A stretch of DNA of 64,000 nucleotides from Longimicrobiales bacterium (GCA_965198065.1 CBDAON010000004.1:256001-320000), one strand, 5' to 3'. Shown: positions 43,036 to 54,489, numbered from the stretch's first letter. Program-made: numbers and translations. The notes: generated by a model from the letters alone, not told the origin.

Positions 43036-44694
43036 CTACGGCCCGTCCCCCACGCCGTTCGCCCCGGCCGGTGCGTCAGGAGGAGCCGCCGCGGGGTCCC
43101 CTGCCCCCGCCGCGCTGTTGCCTTCATCGGGCGCTTCGGCCGCGGGGGGGAGGAGCGGAATGTTCGCCATACAAAGTGGACAACCGATCACGTGATCGTT
43201 TACGCCGAGACCGAGTCTTTGTCGGCGAGCGGCCATCTCCGCGACGAATTGCTCGTCCGTCAGGCGCACCCGGTTTCCTAGGTCGATGAACATGTTCGTG
43301 ATGGACCGATTGCCGGATCCCTGCCAGTTCCTGGGATCCGGAACGTTCGGGCTGTCCTCGGACATGTCCATGTATCCCACCAGATGTACGACCGTCCCCT
43401 TGGGTAGAAGAGGCGCGTAGTCGTCGTCGTAGGTGTACTGCTTGACCCAGTTGTGGTCATACCCCGCGCAGTTCAGGGTCTCAATCTGCATCCCCCAGAT
43501 GGCCTGAAGGCACATCCGTGCCCCCGGTCCGTGGAGATGCGGCTCGAACGAGGTGATCTTCACATGCTCGTCGAGGACGGCAAACGCGTGGAGCTCCTGG
43601 TACTCCTCCTGGCCCCCTCGAATATCGATGTTCAACCCGTCGCCCAGACTGAAGCCCCCTCTTCTGTACTCGGGCTCGTAATCGACCGAATGGAAATACC
43701 AACCTATCTCCAGGTGCGCCCGCGTATCCGCACCGTTGGAGTGTAGATGGACCGAGTTCGACACCACCTGGGATCCGGCCCGGAGAAGCCTGCCCGCCCT
43801 GGGATTGAAGATGTCGGGATTGCGTCCGAGCTCGTGAACGGGCCAACCGGTGCGGGTACTCTCCTCCTCGCGATCGGGCTCCGCGCTCTGCCCCGAGGCC
43901 TGCTGCTGGCCGGTGTCGGCCGTCTGCTGGCCGGCGTCGGCCGCCTGCCCCGCCGGAGCCTCCTCGGCCTCCTCCCCTTCCTCCAGCTCGGGCATTCGGG
44001 TGCTCCAGATCATGTGATGCACAATCCAGTGGCCCCCGACGGACGTATCGTCCGCGGCATCTCTCACGACCGAGTTCACCTCCCGGATCGCCACCGCACG
44101 CACGTACCTGTCTTCGCTCAACCCCACGGGCACGCTGGGCATGTCACCCCACCAATCGGGCGCGCCCGCGGCCATGAACAATTCTTCCGTTTGCGTGATC
44201 AGATCCGGCTCACCGAGGACGCCGGGCCAGGTTCCCGTCTCGGCAAATACAACGGGGGGAGGCAGGTCCGCCGGATCGCCCAACGGGGCCCCTGCCTCGA
44301 CCCAGGCGCCGATCGTCTCGATCTCCTCTTCCGTCAGGCGCTCGTCATCCTTCATCTGCTGGATGCCAAGGCCCCGCTCCAAGTAATACGGAGGCATCGC
44401 GCCCGCCTCGTCCCGCAAGCTCGTCCGGTACCGAATCAGGGGAGCCCACGGACGGACTTCCTCGTAGGTCATCAGCGACATGGGCGCCACGCCGTCGGGC
44501 CGATGACACTTCTGACAGTTCTCCTGAAGGATCCGCACGACATCCCCCGCGAACGTCACGTCACGCGCGGCGGCACGACCTTCGTTCGCACCTGGCCCCA
44601 GTGCACCCAGCTGCTGGGCTTGAAGGGCGGGGACCGCCGGCACCGACGCAACCGAGAGCCCAGCCGCAATTAGCAGCCACCAACGCATCTTCAT
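43036..44694 (-). CDS. secreted cytochrome c (CxxCH) fused to copper type II monooxygenase-like domains, paralog 1
   Basis: Signal peptide; CQKCH (44503-17) and MPP; VHHM, VHLH, PHLH, TNMF; C-terminal CPLC. Confidence 0.65.
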   Translation of the reverse strand: MKMRWWLLIAAGLSVASVPAVPALQAQQLGALGPGANEGRAAARDVTFAGDVVRILQENCQKCHRPDGVAPMSLMTYEEVRPWAPLIRYRTSLRDEAGAMPPYYLERGLGIQQMKDDERLTEEEIETIGAWVEAGAPLGDPADLPPPVVFAETGTWPGVLGEPDLITQTEELFMAAGAPDWWGDMPSVPVGLSEDRYVRAVAIREVNSVVRDAADDTSVGGHWIVHHMIWSTRMPELEEGEEAEEAPAGQAADAGQQTADTGQQQASGQSAEPDREEESTRTGWPVHELGRNPDIFNPRAGRLLRAGSQVVSNSVHLHSNGADTRAHLEIGWYFHSVDYEPEYRRGGFSLGDGLNIDIRGGQEEYQELHAFAVLDEHVKITSFEPHLHGPGARMCLQAIWGMQIETLNCAGYDHNWVKQYTYDDDYAPLLPKGTVVHLVGYMDMSEDSPNVPDPRNWQGSGNRSITNMFIDLGNRVRLTDEQFVAEMAARRQRLGLGVNDHVIGCPLCMANIPLLPPAAEAPDEGNSAAGAGDPAAAPPDAPAGANGVGDGP

Positions 44695-44851
44695 CGCGCG
44701 CTCCCGACAAGGATGAGCGTAGGACAACTCCCCAAGGGGGTCACCCGGTCTCCGTCGTACTCAATACCAGCGTGCCGGTCGTGAAACAAGTCCTCCGTTC
44801 GAGGCCTCGCGGAGGAAGCGGCTCGCCCCTCGTCTCTGCCTCGCGACCGAA

Positions 44852-45877
44852 TCAGATCGTTCCTGGTGTCACCTGGACGGTGACCTCGACGTCCGCGAAC
44901 AGACCTCCGTCGTCGGCTCGTCCACGGAGGACGTACGTGCCCGGCTCAGGGAACGTCACGCGCGTAACGTAGCGACCGTCTTCGGGAACGGGTGGGGGGA
45001 CCCAAAACGCCGCCCACGGCGAGTTGGCGAACGTGCGAGTATCTTCCCACGGCTTCACCTGGGGCGGATCGAACCCCACGGCCGCACCCGGGCCCCGGTA
45101 GACGAACCACGAGAGGTGGAGGCCGTCCGTCTTCCCCACCGTGATGCGTCGCGGCTCCCTCAGCGCACGGTCCAACAGTTGCTGCGCCGTCGCGTCCGCC
45201 TCCGGCGGGTTCCCGCCCGCTTCGGGAACTCCGTCATCCGTGACCACGGCCACGAGAGTGAGGACCTCGCCTACCGATACGGTGCGGACGGTTTCGCTGT
45301 CCAGCTCGAGGGTCGGCGGCTCGTTCGCGCGTACGCGTTCGTTGCTCGTGCCCGCCCCAAGCGAGCCCGTCTCAGACATGATCACCATGTTGTCGATCAT
45401 GTAATCCCTGGCCAGAGACCCGTACGCCCTTTCCGTCGAGCCGTTCGCCGCGAGCGTCCACACCACCTCCCGGTCCCCCTCCGAGAAGTCGGCCGGAACC
45501 CGAACCGTGAACACGAAGCGGTTCCGTCGAGGAAGGAAGTACGTGGGCTGGCCCTGGTCGGCGGCCGCGAGCTCGAAGCCCGATCGCTCGAGTTCGTTCA
45601 GGGCCCCGACGTCCACGACCGCAAAGTAATTGTCGGGCCCGACCGGAACCTGGATCTCCTCCTCCCAGTTCCGGTTCATATATCCGAAGACGATGTCGTA
45701 GGAACCGTCGTCGTTACTCATCCAACCCTCGAAGGCCGGGGAAATTCCCTGGCCGAACGAGTAGGATGCCCGAAGCTGGGCTCCGGCGGCCGGCGTCCAC
45801 AGGATGAGCACAGCAGCGAGGGCCCCGAGCACCACTCGGGCCGGGTGTCCCCACCCTCTCACATCTCGGATCGCCAT
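44852..45877 (-). CDS. secreted hypothetical protein with C-terminal Ig/PKD-like region
   Basis: Signal peptide (PAAGAQ); PAFEGW..N.DGSY...FGY.NRN, GQPT.FLPRR, V.DDG.P and F.EPGTYVLR..ADDG patterns. Confidence 0.7.
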   Translation of the reverse strand: MAIRDVRGWGHPARVVLGALAAVLILWTPAAGAQLRASYSFGQGISPAFEGWMSNDDGSYDIVFGYMNRNWEEEIQVPVGPDNYFAVVDVGALNELERSGFELAAADQGQPTYFLPRRNRFVFTVRVPADFSEGDREVVWTLAANGSTERAYGSLARDYMIDNMVIMSETGSLGAGTSNERVRANEPPTLELDSETVRTVSVGEVLTLVAVVTDDGVPEAGGNPPEADATAQQLLDRALREPRRITVGKTDGLHLSWFVYRGPGAAVGFDPPQVKPWEDTRTFANSPWAAFWVPPPVPEDGRYVTRVTFPEPGTYVLRGRADDGGLFADVEVTVQVTPGTI

Positions 45878-45903
45878 GAGGGGCCGTCGGCGTCGGTCGG
45901 TCG

Positions 45904-47374
45904 TCACGGGCCGTCGGCGTCCGCGGCCTGGTCCTGGCTCTCGAACGGCGGGACGTTCGCCATGCAAAGGGGACAGCCGACGACGTGATCATTCACGCCC
46001 ACCCCCAATCGCTCACGGCGCGTCGCCATCTCCTGGACGAACTGCTCGTCCGTCAGAGCCACGCGGCTCCCGAGATCGATGAACATGTTCGTGATCGAGC
46101 GGTTCCCCGAGCCCTGCCAGTTCCGCGGATCCGGAACGTTGGGGCTGTCCTCCGACATGTCCATGGAGCCCACGAGGTGGAGCACCGTCCCCGCCGGCAG
46201 GATGGGCGCATGGTCGTCGTCGTAGACGTACTGCTTGACCCAGTTGTGATCGTAGCCGGAGCAGTTCAGGGTCTCGATCTGCATTCCCCAAATGGCCTGG
46301 AGGCACATGCGCGCGCCCGGGCCGTGCAGGTGAGGCTCGAAGGATACGATCTTGGTGTGGACATCGAGCACCTGGAAGGCATGGAGCTCCTGGAGCCCCT
46401 CGACGCCCCCACGGATGTCTATGTTCATCCCATCGCCCAGCTCGAAGCCCAGGCTCCGGTATTCCGGCTCATAGTCGGGTGGGTGGAGGTAGAACCCGAT
46501 CTCCAGGTGCGCTCGCGTGTCCCGGCCGTTCGAGTGCAGATGCACGGAGCTCGACACGACCTCGGAGCCCGCCCGGAGGAGGCGACCCGCTCTGGGGTCG
46601 AAGATGTCGGGATTCCGCCCGAGCTCGTGCACTGGCCAAAACGTGAGTCCGCCCCCTCCGCGCGTGCTCCAGATCATGTGGTGGACGACCCAGCGCCCTC
46701 CGACGGATGTTTCATTCGCGGCGCCACCCACCGCTGTGTTCACTTCCCGAATCTCGACGGCATTCACATATCGGTCCTCCGTGAGCCCCGTCGGTACGCT
46801 CGGCATGTCGCCCCACCAGTCAAGGGTCCCCGGCCTCGACGAAGAAGTCCTCCGTGCTCACAACGAGGTCGGGCGTGCCCCGCCTCCAATCGCCGGAGTC
46901 GTCCCAGACCTTCTTAGGGGGCATCTCGGAGGGATCTCCGAGGGGCGCTCCGGCGTCCACCCAGGCCGCGATGGTCTGGATCTCGGCCTCGGTCAGCCTC
47001 TCGTCGTTCTGCATTTCCTGGATGCCGATGCCACGCTCGAGGTAGTACGGGGGCATGACGCCCGCACGGTCCCGGAGCCCGGTCCGGTACTTGATGAGCG
47101 GCGCCCACGGTCGGACCTGCTCGTAGGTCTCGAAGGCCATTGGAGCCACGCCGTCCGGGCGATGGCACTTCTGGCAGTTGTCCTGGAGGATCGGGAGCAC
47201 GTCCCTCGCGAAGGTGACCTCCGGTACGGCACCGCCCGAGACGGCACTAGAAGAGGGTGGAGCTCGGAGCCCCTGGGCCAAGAGACTGCCGGGAACCGAT
47301 GCGATGGCAGCGCAGGCCAGGGCGACGAGCGTCGCCCCCGAGGTCAGCGGATGGTCGTTCGCTCCGAGCTTCAT
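45904..47374 (-). pseudogene. secreted cytochrome c / copper monooxygenase-like protein, paralog 2, frameshifted at ~46822
   Basis: Same motifs as paralog 1 with long identical stretches; GGAGG RBS; one extra T in GAC-CCT-T-GAC-TGG. Confidence 0.7.
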
Positions 47375-47685
47375 GGCTACCTCCGCGACGATGTCCAGGG
47401 GCCCGGGCCGCACTCCTGTCGCCACAATCAACGGCGGATCGAGGCGACGCGGTGCGCGGTGAGCGTCTAAAAAAACTAGCCACGGAACCCCGAAGCCAGC
47501 AAGCACGCGAAAAGCGTGAGCGGGACAGCGGGCCTCGCCCCCGGCGAGCCCTCCTCGCTCCTGGCCCACGGAGCGAGCTCACTTGCGGCCTCTGGCAAGC
47601 GCTCTTGCCGAGGGCCCTCGCGATTCCTACTGTTCGCTCGCGCGTTCGAGGAGGCGTTTCATTACATCAGGTACGAGGCAAGAGC

Positions 47686-48108
47686 ATGCATAGCGGCGCA
47701 CGTTTCGCCTGGATTGCGGTCGCGGCTTCTCTGGTGACGGGCTGCGCGTCCGCGGGCGCGGGCGGAGGTGCGGCGGCCCCGACGGCGGGCGCGGGCGGAG
47801 GTGCGGCGGCCCCGATGGCGGCCACGCCCGAGCTGATCGCCGAAGGACAGCAGCTCTTCGCACAGACCTGCCAGGCGTGCCACGGACCCGGTGGAATGAA
47901 CGGTAGCCTCGGTCCGGATTTGACGGACGACGAGTGGCTCTGGGTCGATCCGAGCAGTCCGACGGCGATGTCGGACGTGATGAACGTGATCAGGATAGGG
48001 GTCGCCACGCCGAGCTCGCCGGGAGGCTTTGGGATGCCCGCGATGGGGGGGGCGACCTTCACGGACCCGCAGCTCAATGCGCTCGCGGCTTACATCCTTT
48101 CGCTCTAG
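47686..48108 (+). CDS. monoheme cytochrome c lipoprotein
   Basis: Lipobox VTGC; CQACH, GPDL and GMPAMG; duplicated AGAGGGAAAP linker (33-bp period repeat). Confidence 0.88.
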   Translation: MHSGARFAWIAVAASLVTGCASAGAGGGAAAPTAGAGGGAAAPMAATPELIAEGQQLFAQTCQACHGPGGMNGSLGPDLTDDEWLWVDPSSPTAMSDVMNVIRIGVATPSSPGGFGMPAMGGATFTDPQLNALAAYILSL

Positions 48109-48207
48109 CCACGCCCGGGCGGCGTCCCGACCAAGCAGCGTGCCGGCCCCGGACAACGTCGTGAAGGTGACCTGATCCCAAGATCGAGCTCTTCACCGTG
48201 TGGACCG

Positions 48208-48245
48208 AGGGCCCCCCGGAGCGATCCGGGGGGCCCTTCTGCTTT
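48208..48245 (+). terminator. intrinsic terminator
   Basis: AGGGCCCCCCGGA-GCGA-TCCGGGGGGCCCT followed by TCTGCTTT. Confidence 0.75.
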
Positions 48246-48344
48246 CCAGGTGCTCCGCGCCGGCCTCGGCAGTCCACTCTCCCCCATCCCCGGTGGCTCG
48301 GCACCCGCTCGCTCACCGCCGGCCTCCGAACCGGCCCCGCCGGC

Positions 48345-48545
48345 TCAGCCCTGGTCCGGCGGCATCACGAACCAGAGGATGACGTAGACCAACGCCCCGG
48401 GGAAGCCGGCGGAGAGGAGCGAGAGGACAACATAGGCGATGCGGACGGCGGTCGGGTCCCACCCGAGCCACCGTGCGATCCCGGCACACACTCCCGCCAC
48501 CATCCGGTCATCGGACGACCGCGTGAGTGGATCGGAGGTCTGCAT
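48345..48545 (-). CDS. PspC domain protein
   Basis: L.RS..DRMVAGVCAGIA..G.D...VR plus TM helix and Y...W..MP. Confidence 0.92.
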   Translation of the reverse strand: MQTSDPLTRSSDDRMVAGVCAGIARWLGWDPTAVRIAYVVLSLLSAGFPGALVYVILWFVMPPDQG

Positions 48546-48570
48546 CGCTCGAATATGCCGTCGGGCTCCT

Positions 48571-48610
48571 GAGAAAGAAAACCGCGGGCCACCGTGCGAT
48601 GACCCGCGGT
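48571..48610 (-). terminator. groEL intrinsic terminator
   Basis: ACCGCGGG...CCCGCGGT stem followed by TTTCTTTC on the minus strand. Confidence 0.7.
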
Positions 48611-48674
48611 CCTCGCCAACTGGCGTGGCAGCCTCGAGACATGGATGCCCCGCCGTCCCTCTGCTGCTGCCCCG

Positions 48675-50345
<1,671 letters not shown>

Positions 50346-50374
50346 TCACCCCGGCATGGCCGGGCCTCGTCGCC

Positions 50375-50683
50375 TCACCCACCCATCACGGCGAGGATGT
50401 CCGACTCCCGGAGGATCAGGTACTCCTCCCCGTCCACTGTGACTTCGGTGCCCGAGTACTTCCCGTAGAGAACCGTGTCTCCCTTCTTCACGTCCGGCTT
50501 GAGGCGTTCGCCTTGATCCGAGAGCTTCCCGGGGCCGACCGCGATGATCTTCCCCTGCTGGGGCTTCTCCTTGGCCGTGTCGGGAATGTAGAGGCCGCCC
50601 TTCGTCTGCTCGGCCTCCTCGAGCGCCTGGACAACGACCCGATCGTGAAGGGGACGAATCTTCGTGGCGGATTTAGTCGCCAT
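50375..50683 (-). CDS. groS: co-chaperonin GroES
   Basis: PLHDRV, GG..IPD.AKEKP and AVG.G motifs. Confidence 0.98.
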   Translation of the reverse strand: MATKSATKIRPLHDRVVVQALEEAEQTKGGLYIPDTAKEKPQQGKIIAVGPGKLSDQGERLKPDVKKGDTVLYGKYSGTEVTVDGEEYLILRESDILAVMGG

Positions 50684-50741
50684 GCTCTCCTTCCTCCGCG
50701 CTTTCTGTGTGAGCCTCACGAAAACCATTGCCTGCGGACCG

Positions 50742-50768
50742 TTAGCACTCAAAATACACGAGTGCTAA
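50742..50768. promoter_or_regulatory. CIRCE element (HrcA operator)
   Basis: Perfect TTAGCACTC-N9-GAGTGCTAA upstream of groES. Confidence 0.97.
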
Positions 50769-50776
50769 CGGAGTCC

Positions 50777-50804
50777 AATCTAGCTGGGGGCCGGAGCCTG
50801 TCAA
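50777..50804 (-). promoter_or_regulatory. sigma70 promoter of groESL
   Basis: TTGACA, 16 bp, TAGATT immediately upstream of CIRCE. Confidence 0.65.
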
Positions 50805-50902
50805 CGGGCGACGGGCAGCCAGCCGGGGCGCCCCGAGGGTTCCGAGGGCCGAGCCCAGGGGTTGCGGCCGTGGGGCCCCACCTCCATCCTTCGCGATCCT
50901 CG

Positions 50903-51904
50903 ATGAGGGAACACTACGCGCTCCTCCGCTCGACCAGCCGAACGTTTGCCGTCGGGATCGAGGCGCTTCCCAGGCAGCTGAGGGAAGCCGTGACGCTGGC
51001 CTACCTGGTCCTCCGCGTCGCGGACTATTTCGAGGACTCCCCGACCCTCGGCCCGGAGGAGAAGCGCCGCCACCTGACCGCGTGGGCCGCCCTGTTGGAG
51101 GCCGCGGACCGGCTTCCGGATCCCGCGGCCCTCGGGCCGCTCCTGGACGGCGTTTCCCGTGAAGATCGGGACCTTCCCGACTACGCCGCGGCCACCGCGG
51201 CCCGGTCGATCCTGTCTGGATTGGCCGCCCTGCCGCCGAAGTTTCGCGATTCGATTCGTCGGCACACCGCCAACACGACCCGGGGGATGGCCGCCTGGAC
51301 CCGTCTGGGCGACGACTTTCCGGACGAGGCGGCCCTCGACCGATACATGTACGAGGTGGCCGGACGGGTGGGTGTGCTCCTCACGGAGCTCTTCGCCGCC
51401 CATTCGGCGCCGATCCGCAGGCGTTCCCGCTCCCTCCTCGAGCGGGCCGTGTCCTTCGGGCTCGGCCTGCAGACCGTGAACGTGATCCGCGGCCTCCACG
51501 AGGACCCTGCCCGCGGGTGGAGCTACGTGCCTCGGACCATCCTTCCGGGCGGGGAGCGTTGGTCGGATCCGCGCCGGCTCGGACAGGACGATCGGGCGCG
51601 AATCGTGGACTTCCTGGTCCGAAAGGCGGGCCGGCACATCGCGGACGCCCTCGCCTACTGCCAGGACCTGCCGAGGACCGAGCGCGGGATCCGGGTCTTT
51701 TGCGTGATTCCCGCCCTCCTCGCGGCCCGCACGGCCGCGTGGAGCCGCGGGAACCCGGAGGTGTTCGACGGACCCGTCAAGGTGAGCCGGTCCGACGTCG
51801 GAAAGCTCGTGCTCCGGACCCGGCTGCTCTTTTTTTCGAACGGGTGGCTCGAGAAGGAGCGGCTCCGGGCCCTCGCCCTCGCCAGCGGAAACGGAGAGGG
51901 CTAG
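50903..51904 (+). CDS. squalene/phytoene synthase family protein
   Basis: SRTF, YL.LR.AD..ED, Y..VAG.VG, GL.LQ..N..R and KV.R motifs. Confidence 0.88.
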   Translation: MREHYALLRSTSRTFAVGIEALPRQLREAVTLAYLVLRVADYFEDSPTLGPEEKRRHLTAWAALLEAADRLPDPAALGPLLDGVSREDRDLPDYAAATAARSILSGLAALPPKFRDSIRRHTANTTRGMAAWTRLGDDFPDEAALDRYMYEVAGRVGVLLTELFAAHSAPIRRRSRSLLERAVSFGLGLQTVNVIRGLHEDPARGWSYVPRTILPGGERWSDPRRLGQDDRARIVDFLVRKAGRHIADALAYCQDLPRTERGIRVFCVIPALLAARTAAWSRGNPEVFDGPVKVSRSDVGKLVLRTRLLFFSNGWLEKERLRALALASGNGEG

Positions 51905-52698
51905 CCGCCCTTCCCTTCCCCCTCCAGGTGTCGGCCGGCCAGCTCGAGCCCGATCAGCGTCAGGTGCGGGTCGACTCTCTGAATCGTCCTGGAGTGTGCC
52001 ACGACGATCGGCGCATGTCCCCCCGTGGCCACGACCTGCACGTCAGGCCGCTCCCACTCGTCACGGATCCTGCCGACGATCCCGTCGATTGCATCCACGG
52101 CGGAGAAGAAGAGGCCACTCTGGAGGCAGGTTTCGGTCCTCCTTCCGATCACCGTGTCGGGAGGCCGAAGCTCCACCCGTGGAAGCTTGGCCGTCCGGCC
52201 GGCCAGCCACTCCTGCCCCGCGAGGAGCCCCGGTGCGATCACGCCCCCGAGGAAGCGCCCCCCCGCGGCGATGCAGTCGTAGGTGATGGCGGTGCCGAGG
52301 TCCACGACGATCGCATCCCGGTCGTAGAGGTGCGAGGCGGCGAGGGTGTTGGCGATGCGGTCGGCGCCGACGGTTCTGGGCTCCTCCACGTCCAGGCGAA
52401 TCGGGAGCCCGTCGGCGCTCTCAAGGACGTGCACGCGGTCCGGCTCGAGCCCGGGGAGGGTCCGCCGGAGGAGCTCGGTCTGAACTGGGGAGACGGACCC
52501 CAGGACGACTCGCGCCACCGCCTCTCTCTCGATCATCCCGGTGTCGTTCAGGAACATCTTATATAGGAGCAGGAGCTCTTCGGGCGTGCGCGGAACGGAG
52601 GTGGTATAGCGCCAGTGGGCCAGCACATCGAGCGAGCCCGGACGGAAGAGGCCTACGACCGTCTCGGTGTTCCCAACGTCCACCACCAGGTGAGTCAT
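51901..52698 (-). CDS. coaX: type III pantothenate kinase
   Basis: DVGNT, GADR, VDLGTA, GG.I.PG and ATGG motifs. Confidence 0.95.
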   Translation of the reverse strand: MTHLVVDVGNTETVVGLFRPGSLDVLAHWRYTTSVPRTPEELLLLYKMFLNDTGMIEREAVARVVLGSVSPVQTELLRRTLPGLEPDRVHVLESADGLPIRLDVEEPRTVGADRIANTLAASHLYDRDAIVVDLGTAITYDCIAAGGRFLGGVIAPGLLAGQEWLAGRTAKLPRVELRPPDTVIGRRTETCLQSGLFFSAVDAIDGIVGRIRDEWERPDVQVVATGGHAPIVVAHSRTIQRVDPHLTLIGLELAGRHLEGEGKGG

Positions 52699-52699
52699 G

Positions 52700-53533
52700 T
52701 CAGTCTCCATTGCTATGAAGCGCGGGCGAGGCCCCCCGCTCCATCAGCCGAACCCGGCCCGACCTCACGGTAACCACGCTACCGTCGGCGAGGCTCAGCT
52801 CCAGTGCTCCGTCCTCTCGGACCCCCGCGCAGATCCCGACCGCGCCCCCCTCGGCTACGACCGGCCGGCCGCGGAGACAGTCCCTCGTCTCCCACTCGGC
52901 CCGCAGCGCGCCGTCCACGACACGAGGCACCGGATCGGCCCACGCGCGGAGCTCGTCGACGAGCGCCGAGGCGAGATCGGGCTCGGCGATCCCCCGAGCC
53001 GCGATCTCCTCGAGGAAGCCGGCCCGCGCCTCGAGGTGCGCGGGGGCTTCCCATCCCGCGCGGCGCAGGTTGACGCCAATCCCCGCGACCGCTCGTCCCT
53101 CCGCCTCCGCTACCGTCTCGCAGAGGATCCCTGCCACCTTCCGACCGCCTCGGAGGATGTCGTTCGGCCACTTGAGCTGGACGGCAATCCCTGCCGCGCG
53201 CTCCACGGCCCTCGCTGTGGCAACGCCGACCGCCAGGGACAGCGGCGCCGAAGCTTCCTGTGCTCGAAACGGGAGCAGCACGGAGATCCAGAGCCCCACG
53301 CCGGCCGGAGAGTGCCAGCTGGCTCCCCCGCGCCCGCGCCCTCGAGTCTGCGATCCCGCGACTACGGTCGTAAAGGTGGCGGCCCCCCGGAGCGCGAGCT
53401 CACGTGCCCGATCGTTCGTGGACGCGAGCTCGGCATGGACCTCGATCCTCGGAAGGCCCAGGTGACGCGCCCACGCCTCCGCCCCGAGCGCCCCCCAAGC
53501 CGCGGGAAGGGTTTCCGGCGGTTGGATCGTCAC
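52700..53533 (-). CDS. birA: biotin--protein ligase (no HTH)
   Basis: STN, QT.GRGR, KWPND, KVAGIL and GIGVN motifs. Confidence 0.93.
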   Translation of the reverse strand: MTIQPPETLPAAWGALGAEAWARHLGLPRIEVHAELASTNDRARELALRGAATFTTVVAGSQTRGRGRGGASWHSPAGVGLWISVLLPFRAQEASAPLSLAVGVATARAVERAAGIAVQLKWPNDILRGGRKVAGILCETVAEAEGRAVAGIGVNLRRAGWEAPAHLEARAGFLEEIAARGIAEPDLASALVDELRAWADPVPRVVDGALRAEWETRDCLRGRPVVAEGGAVGICAGVREDGALELSLADGSVVTVRSGRVRLMERGASPALHSNGD

Positions 53534-54489
53534 CCGGGTTCCCCTCGGGGCACGCCCCCGGGCAGCTCGATGTCGAGGCCCGAGGGCGTCCGCGCCCGGA
53601 GTGAGAGATCCACCGCCGGGGCCGAATGGGTGAGCGCCCCCACCGAGATCCACCGGATGCCGGCCCCCGCCACGCACCGCACGCGTTCGAGCGTCATGTT
53701 CCCCGACGCCTCGAGCGCCGGGCGGGGGAGCGGCCAGGTTTTAACCTGCTGGACGGCCTCCGCAATGGCCCCGAGCTCCATGTTGTCGAGCAGGATTCGG
53801 TCTACGCGGAGATCCCGGAGCTCATCCAGCTGGTCGAGCGTCGTGACCTCCACCTCGACGGGGAGCCCCTTTGTGTTCCGCTCGAGGACCCGCCGGGTGG
53901 CCTCGCCCACCCCTCCGGCGAGGGCCACGTGGTTGTCCTTCACGAGGGTCATGTCGTGGAGCCCCATCCTGTGGTTGACGCCGCCCCCCAACCGGACCGC
54001 CCACTTCTCGAGGTGCCTCCACCCAGGGGTCGTCTTCCGGGTGTCCGTGATGTCGGCGCCGGTGCCCCGGACGGCGTCCACGAAACGTCGCGTAAGCGTC
54101 GCGACGCCGGAGAGGCGGCCCAGGAAGTTGAGCGCGATCCGCTCGGCCGTGAGGATCGAGCGGGCGGACCCCCGAACGCGGAGGACCGAGCTCCCGGCCG
54201 GGACCCACGCCCCGTCCGGTGCGAGTCCTTCCACGTGGAGGCCAGGGTCCACGCCCCGGAACGCCATGCGAGCTAGAGCCACGCCTGCGAGAACGATGGG
54301 CTCCTTCGCCAGGACCGATGCTTCCGTCTCAAGATCCGGATCGACGGTCCAGAGAGTCGTCCAGTCCCCCGGACCGACGTCCTCGGAGAGCGCTGCCTCG
54401 ACGAGCGTCCGAGCTTCCTCCTGGGTAGCCTCGTCCCAGCCTGCCACGCGGTCCCCGGCAGCTCCCTGCCGCTGATGTCCGGACTTCAA
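53530..54489 (-). CDS. nadC: nicotinate-nucleotide diphosphorylase (carboxylating)
   Basis: ER..LN, DTRKT.PG, HR.GL, KDNH, LLDN and EASG motifs. Confidence 0.96.
   Translation of the reverse strand: MKSGHQRQGAAGDRVAGWDEATQEEARTLVEAALSEDVGPGDWTTLWTVDPDLETEASVLAKEPIVLAGVALARMAFRGVDPGLHVEGLAPDGAWVPAGSSVLRVRGSARSILTAERIALNFLGRLSGVATLTRRFVDAVRGTGADITDTRKTTPGWRHLEKWAVRLGGGVNHRMGLHDMTLVKDNHVALAGGVGEATRRVLERNTKGLPVEVEVTTLDQLDELRDLRVDRILLDNMELGAIAEAVQQVKTWPLPRPALEASGNMTLERVRCVAGAGIRWISVGALTHSAPAVDLSLRARTPSGLDIELPGGVPRGEPG

Noticed and set aside
46820..46822. TGA as selenocysteine or readthrough in monooxygenase paralog 2
   Set aside because: The continuation (DWWGDMP, as in paralog 1) is in a different frame, so this is an indel
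47593..47609. Possible sigma54 promoter TGGC...TTGC upstream of the cytochrome c
   Set aside because: GG-to-GC spacing is 11 rather than 10; only a short palindrome
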